Program-made: the position numbers and the translations under genes
Part shown: positions 59,415 through 64,000 of the stretch, one piece after another
How positions within the stretch are numbered: position 1 is the first letter of the stretch
Layout of the letters: every line of letters begins with the position of its first letter
Assembly (NCBI GenBank): GCA_036389815.1
Contig: DASVWB010000086.1
Span: 7,031-71,030 of the forward strand
Length of the DNA stretch: 64,000 nucleotides
Origin: Pyrinomonadaceae bacterium
GTDB lineage: Bacteria; Acidobacteriota; Blastocatellia; Pyrinomonadales; Pyrinomonadaceae
Reading direction: 5' to 3'
The notes under the pieces: generated by a model
Seen by the model: only the letters and a program-made list of their open reading frames with translations
Databases searched by the model: none
What the model was told of the DNA's origin: nothing

Positions 59415-61769
59415 TCAGAAGGTAAAGGACTTGCTGACGATGGTCACGTCGCTGTAGGGCGTGGGCGCGGGCACGAGGTAGTCCGGCCGGGGCCGGAAGG
59501 CCGCGCCTTCGACCCGCGGCAGCCCGTAGCTCCGCGCGTCGACGCGCAGCTTGACGGGCCCGGAGCCCTTCACGTCGAGACTCAGTTCGGCGCCCTCCGC
59601 GGGCGGGGCGTAGTAGACGGCGCCCCAGCGTCCCGGCCCGACGCGCCCCTCGGGCCCTCCCGCCTTAATCGCCTTCCCGTTCAGCGCGGCCCCGACGACT
59701 TCCGTCTTCGGGTCTGCGGAGATGACGAGCACGCCGGCGCCGCCCTTCGGCGTGATGCGCAGGCGCAGCCTTCGCACGCCGTTCTCCGCGCCGTCGGCGA
59801 GCAGCGACGCTTCCGGCGCCTGCAGGGCCGCGGCCGGCGCCTCGCCCGTCAGGAACATTCTGACGTTGGCGAACGGGAAGAGGTCTGACAGCGGCTCGAC
59901 CTTACTGCCCTGTTTGAAGAACTGCGAAGTCCACTCGTCCGCCCCCCTGTCGGCGGTGGCCCACATCCCACGGCCCGAGTCCGCCTCAAGCACGTAGAAA
60001 ACGCTGTCCACCTTGGGCCGGTTGCGGTCGTAGCGCGCCGTGAGCAGCGCCGCGGCGACGAGGCAGAACGCGGCGAGCGTCGCGAGCGCTGGCAAGGCCC
60101 AACTCCTACGGGGCGTGTACAGGCCGAGCGCGGGGATGATGAGCCCTAACAGGAGCGCCACCAGCACGGCCACGACCCCCGCGGCCGGGAGCGACAAAGC
60201 TTCGTAGAGGTTGTAGACGACCGGGGAGAGCAGGAGCACGGCCGGGACGCAGAAGAGCGCGACCACGGCCCAACGCTTGAGCGCACCCTCGCCTCCGACG
60301 GCGAACGCGACGAGCAGTGCCGCCAGCGAGAAGAGCAGCGGCCACGCGAAAAGGTAGCTGCCGCCCGGCGCCAGAAGGCTCAAGGCCAACGTCAGCACCA
60401 GCCACAACAGCAGGCAGCCGACGGCGAGGCTGTGCGCGTCGGCCCAGCGGCGCGAAATGTTATAGAGCGCCGCGACGACGGCGAGCGTGAGGAGCGCGAA
60501 GGCGAGCACGTAGAAGCCCGCGTCGTAGGCGTCGCCCCAGGGGACGAGCTGGTAGTCTCTGCGCAGGACTGTGATCAGTCTCCACCCGAGCGCCGACACC
60601 GCCGCGGAGGCGACAACCCCGAGCAGCAGCGCGACGAACCCGAGGCCGATGCCGCCCGCGCCCAGCAGTCTCCGCTTGAAGCCGAGCACGACGACGGCCG
60701 CGAAGAGGAGCGCGCACAGGCACGTCAGGAGGAGCGCGAACGCCTGCGGGTAGTGGACGAAGGCGGTGCCGAGGACGTTGAAGTAAGTGTCGTCGCCCGC
60801 CCCCCTGCCCCAGCCTTCGAGGTTGCCGAAGTGCTTCGCCAGCGCGAGCGCGGAGTCGCCGTGATGTTGGAGGCTGCGCCCGTCGAGGTTCCCGACGCTG
60901 TCGAGGGCGGTGTGGTAGTGGTTCAGGCCGCCGATGTATGCGAAGTTCATCCCCTCCAGCCCGGCGCGCTTGAAGACGGTCAGGTCGGTGTCGTTGGGCA
61001 GGCGCCTGTAGACCTCGTAGGAGAACGAGCTGGCCACGGGGCGCGGGGCCGCCCTGGCGAACTCGTCAATCAGCCGGCCGTTGTTCGGGCTCGTCTCGAA
61101 CATCATGGCCGGGCCGCTGTTGCCGCGCGCCTCGAAGTTGAGGACGACGCCGACGTTCTTCGCCAGCGGGTGCTCGGCCGCGAACGCCTCCGCGCCGAGC
61201 AGCCCGACCTCCTCCCCGTCGGAGAAGAGAAAGACCACGTCGTTCCTGAGCGGCGGCCCGGCCTTCAAGGCCCGCGCCGTCTCAAGCAGCGCGGCCACGC
61301 CTGCCCCGTCGTCGCTCGCGCCCGGCCCCGTCGGCACCGAGTCGTAGTGCGCCACGAGGAGCACGGACTTTTGGCCGCCCGACCCCTGTATGCGCCCGAC
61401 GACGTTGCTCACGGTGCCGACGCGGTAGGGGGCCGCGCGCTGCGGGCCGGCCGCCGTCGCGGTCTGGACTTCGGCGGCGACGCCCTGCGCCGCCAGCTCG
61501 CGCAGGATGTAGTCCCTCGCCGCCGCGTGTTCGGCCGAGCCGATGGGGCGCGGCGACTGCGCGACGGCGCGCAGGTGCTTCATCGCGCGCCCCGCGGAGA
61601 ACTCCGTCGCGGGCGCCGTCTCCGGCGCGACGGCGCCCGGCCTTTGCAGGTAGACGGCGGCGAACGCGAGCAGCGCCAGAAGGGGCAGCGCTATCAGGCC
61701 GAGGGCGCCGCCGAACCTCTTCGGCCGCTCGGCCGCGACGACGTCGGCGGGGGAATGAACGCTTTCCAT
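59415..61769 (-). CDS. Membrane-bound M28-family metallopeptidase
   Basis: I prefer the ATG at 61769 (MESVHS...), which has GAGGAGG 5 nt upstream. The track TTG at 61784 lies inside that RBS. M28 motifs: LLVAHYDSVPTGPGASDDGAGVAALLE and FLFSDGEEVGLLGAEAF. These are followed by about 8 hydrophobic segments and a C-terminal soluble domain. Confidence 0.85.
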   Translation of the reverse strand: MESVHSPADVVAAERPKRFGGALGLIALPLLALLAFAAVYLQRPGAVAPETAPATEFSAGRAMKHLRAVAQSPRPIGSAEHAAARDYILRELAAQGVAAEVQTATAAGPQRAAPYRVGTVSNVVGRIQGSGGQKSVLLVAHYDSVPTGPGASDDGAGVAALLETARALKAGPPLRNDVVFLFSDGEEVGLLGAEAFAAEHPLAKNVGVVLNFEARGNSGPAMMFETSPNNGRLIDEFARAAPRPVASSFSYEVYRRLPNDTDLTVFKRAGLEGMNFAYIGGLNHYHTALDSVGNLDGRSLQHHGDSALALAKHFGNLEGWGRGAGDDTYFNVLGTAFVHYPQAFALLLTCLCALLFAAVVVLGFKRRLLGAGGIGLGFVALLLGVVASAAVSALGWRLITVLRRDYQLVPWGDAYDAGFYVLAFALLTLAVVAALYNISRRWADAHSLAVGCLLLWLVLTLALSLLAPGGSYLFAWPLLFSLAALLVAFAVGGEGALKRWAVVALFCVPAVLLLSPVVYNLYEALSLPAAGVVAVLVALLLGLIIPALGLYTPRRSWALPALATLAAFCLVAAALLTARYDRNRPKVDSVFYVLEADSGRGMWATADRGADEWTSQFFKQGSKVEPLSDLFPFANVRMFLTGEAPAAALQAPEASLLADGAENGVRRLRLRITPKGGAGVLVISADPKTEVVGAALNGKAIKAGGPEGRVGPGRWGAVYYAPPAEGAELSLDVKGSGPVKLRVDARSYGLPRVEGAAFRPRPDYLVPAPTPYSDVTIVSKSFTF

Positions 61770-62009
61770 AAAAAGCCTCCTCAAATCGGTTTGAGTGGTC
61801 GGTGGAGCGTGTGTCGAAACACCCGGCCGGGGGCGGGTGAAAAAGGCGCGCGGAGATGGGCTCGAAATGAGGAAGGACGACTGAACCGCCGTGCGTTCGG
61901 GAAGGCGCGGGACGTGAAGGGTCGGGCCGCAGGGGCGCGGCCCGCCGAGCTAAAGCTCCGGGCCGCGCCCCTGTGCCCCCGCCGTGAACTTCCCTTCCCG
62001 CGCGCCCGG

Positions 62010-64000
62010 CTACTCGTAGCGGAGCGCGTTGATCGGGTCTATGCGGACGGCGCGGCGCGCGGGGAAGTAGCAGGCCAGCACCGCCACCAGCGCGAGCACC
62101 CCGGAGACGCCGGCGAAGGTCAGCGGGTCGGTCGCGCTCAGCCCGTAGAGCAGGCTGGCGATGTAGCGCGTCAGCGCGAACGCGCCGGCGAGCCCGATGA
62201 CGATGCCGACGAGGGCGAGCGTCATCCCCTCCCTGAAGACCAGGCGGAGGATGTCGCCGACCTGCGCGCCGAGCGCCATGCGGATGCCGAACTCCTGCGT
62301 GCGCTGCGTCACCGAGTAGGAGATGACGCCGTAGACGCCCACCGCGGCCAGCACCAGGGCGACCCCGGCGAAGATGGTCAGCAGCAGGAAGTTGAAGCGC
62401 GGCCGCGCCAGCGATGTCGAGAGGAGCTGCGACATCGTGCGGACGTTCGAGACGGGCTGATCCTTATCTATGTTATAGGTCTCGCGGCTGATGGCGCCGG
62501 CCAGTTGCGTGGGGTCGGAGGCGGTGCGCAGGACGAGCGTCATGTCGCGGTTGGGCGACTGGAGGTAGGGCACGTAAGCCTCGGGCTCGGGCTGCTCGCC
62601 GAGGCCGGCGTGCCTGACGTCCGCCACCACGCCGACGACCTCCCGCCACGCGCCGTTGAGGTCGAACTTCCCGCCCTGGTACGCCTCGGTGCTGAGCGCG
62701 AGCCGCCTCCCGACGGGGTCTTCGTCGGGCCAGTACTTGCGCGCCATCGCCTCGTTGATGACGACGACGGGCGGCGCGCCCTGGCGGTCGCGCGCCGTGA
62801 ACTCGCGCCCCTTGCGCACGCCGACGTTGAGCGTGCGGAAGTAGTTGGGGCTCACCTTGCGGTGGTGGAGCAGCGGCTTCTGCCCCGACTGCGGCGCCGG
62901 CTTGCCCTCGACGTAGAAGTCCGTCAGCTCGTCGTTGTTGCTGAGCGGCAGCGCCGTCACGGCGCCGACGCTCTTGACGCCCGGCAGCGCCTCGACCTTC
63001 TCAAGCAGCCGCTCGTAGAAGGAGGCGACCTGCTGCTCCTGCGGGTACTTGCTGCGCGGGAGCCCGATGTCGAGCGAGAGGACGTTCTCGGGGTCGAAGC
63101 CGGGGTCGACCTGTTGCAGGCGCAGGAAGCTCTTGATCATCAGCCCGGCGCCGATGAGCAGCACCACCGAGAGCGCCACCTCGGTCACCACCAGCAGGCC
63201 GCGCATGTTGCGCAGGCGCGCGCTCCCGCCGCCCTTCGTGCCGCCCTCCTTGATGGTGTGGTACTGGTCGACCTTCGACGCCTGGAGCGACGGGACGAGC
63301 CCGAAGATGGGGCCCGTCAGCAGCGAGACGAGGACGGTGAAGCCGAGTACGCGCCCGTCGAGCCCGACCTGGTCGCCCGTGACGCTGAAGGGGACGAACA
63401 TGCTCGGGCTGTTGTAAGGGATGAGCGCGAGCGAGCGGATGCCCCAGAAGGCCAGCAGCAGCCCGGCGAGGCCGCCGAGGACGGAGAGCAGCAGGCTCTC
63501 GGCGAGCAGCTGCTGGACGAGGCGGCGGCGGCTCGCGCCGAGCGCCGCGCGGACGGCCATCTCCCTCTGCCGGCTGACGGCGCGCGCGAGCAGGAGGTTG
63601 GCGACGTTGGCGCACGCTATCAAGAGCACGAAGCCGACGGCCGCCGTCAGCACCTGCAGCGCCGGGCGGATGTCGCCCACCACCTGCTTCTCCAGCGCGA
63701 TGACCTTCGCGCCGAGGTTCTTGTTCTCGGGGTACTCGTCGGCGAGCGTCCGCGCGACGTTCGACATGTTCGCCTGCGCCTGCTCGGGGCTGACACCGGG
63801 CTTGAGCCGCCCGACGACGCTCAGGAAGAGTATGGAGCGGACGTAGCGGCGGTGCTGCGACGGGTCGAGGCCGAGCGGCACCCACACGTCGGCCTCCTTC
63901 GGGAAGCTGACGAAGCGGAAGTCGCGCGGCAGCACCCCGACGACCGTGTAGGTGTTGCCGTCGAGCGTGATGGACTTGCCGGCGAAGTCCGGGTCGGAGC
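62010..64000 (-). CDS. MacB/FtsX-type permease (ADOP-like), 5' end beyond the window
   Basis: The frame stays open upstream of the track start (…ITLDGNTYTVVGVLPRDFRF…) to base 64000. It has FtsX-type modules and ends ...RRAVRIDPINALRYE, like the two other paralogs. Confidence 0.85.
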   Translation of the reverse strand, partial: SDPDFAGKSITLDGNTYTVVGVLPRDFRFVSFPKEADVWVPLGLDPSQHRRYVRSILFLSVVGRLKPGVSPEQAQANMSNVARTLADEYPENKNLGAKVIALEKQVVGDIRPALQVLTAAVGFVLLIACANVANLLLARAVSRQREMAVRAALGASRRRLVQQLLAESLLLSVLGGLAGLLLAFWGIRSLALIPYNSPSMFVPFSVTGDQVGLDGRVLGFTVLVSLLTGPIFGLVPSLQASKVDQYHTIKEGGTKGGGSARLRNMRGLLVVTEVALSVVLLIGAGLMIKSFLRLQQVDPGFDPENVLSLDIGLPRSKYPQEQQVASFYERLLEKVEALPGVKSVGAVTALPLSNNDELTDFYVEGKPAPQSGQKPLLHHRKVSPNYFRTLNVGVRKGREFTARDRQGAPPVVVINEAMARKYWPDEDPVGRRLALSTEAYQGGKFDLNGAWREVVGVVADVRHAGLGEQPEPEAYVPYLQSPNRDMTLVLRTASDPTQLAGAISRETYNIDKDQPVSNVRTMSQLLSTSLARPRFNFLLLTIFAGVALVLAAVGVYGVISYSVTQRTQEFGIRMALGAQVGDILRLVFREGMTLALVGIVIGLAGAFALTRYIASLLYGLSATDPLTFAGVSGVLALVAVLACYFPARRAVRIDPINALRYE

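Noticed and set aside
61925-61975. 14-bp GC-rich hairpin (CAGGGGCGCGGCCC…GGGCCGCGCCCCTG) downstream of the third ADOP gene, as a terminator
   Set aside because: The stem is convincing, but no U-tract follows on the relevant strand. I cannot distinguish a terminator from a generic GC-rich palindrome, so it is not listed as a feature.
1-64000. rRNA genes, tRNA genes, integrases and phage structural genes
   Set aside because: A by-eye scan of the intergenic regions (notably 22.4-23.5, 26.1-26.6, 33.4-33.8, 45.8-46.0 and 57.9-58.6 kb) showed no cloverleaf-like or rRNA-like sequence. No recombinase motifs were seen. A tRNAscan/Infernal run would be needed to be certain.

Overview
This is a very G+C-rich bacterial window, and many long antisense or off-frame ORFs in the six-frame track are compositional artefacts. 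I read about 40 credible genes. I saw no rRNA, tRNA or CRISPR array. All calls come from by-eye motif reading, so start codons and family assignments are provisional. Three MacB/FtsX-type duplicated permeases of the ADOP kind, two with adjacent PadR regulators, suggest an Acidobacteriota-like host (inference only).

From left to right the window holds:
- 1-9705 (minus strand): an operon of DUF4331-like protein, TPR protein, membrane-anchored two-CxxCH cytochrome, GMC flavoenzyme and S8 peptidase. The S8 gene runs off the window and is missing from the ORF track.
- 9782-11907: a patatin-like lipase, an isochorismatase-family hydrolase and a RidA-family gene.
- 11959-17864: a PaoABC-like, Tat-exported molybdo-flavo-FeS oxidoreductase operon with XdhC and MocA maturation genes.
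- 18149-22309: an Omp85-barrel protein with an unusual N-terminus, plus a signal-less beta-rich partner.
- 22390-23500: a lower-G+C decay zone with an S8 gene fragment and an IS6-family end (terminal repeat plus a truncated transposase).
- 23500-27760: a plasmid-like replication/partition module (ParB-HTH-like protein, XRE-ParA-wHTH operon, putative Rep) built around at least 12 copies of a CCCCTGCA-N8-TGCAGGGG dyad. Seven of these form a tandem iteron-like array.
- 28016-33569: at the window centre, a compact operon of a DUF2760-like gene plus two paralogous lid-less Hsp70-type ATPases. This is my top candidate for an uncharacterised system.
- 33770-35431: an M1 peptidase.
- 35811-45002: a sigma54-type promoter followed by a translationally coupled four-gene signalling cassette (giant sensor kinase, REC-GHKL protein, NtrC-type activator, REC-like protein-kinase-fold protein).
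- 45021-51062: an FRG-domain gene, a P-loop kinase-like gene, and secreted proteins including a lipase-fold protein.
- 51073-64000: PadR/ADOP pairs, an isolated NusG paralog behind an A+T-rich leader with a perfect palindrome, a type II thioesterase and a membrane M28 peptidase.
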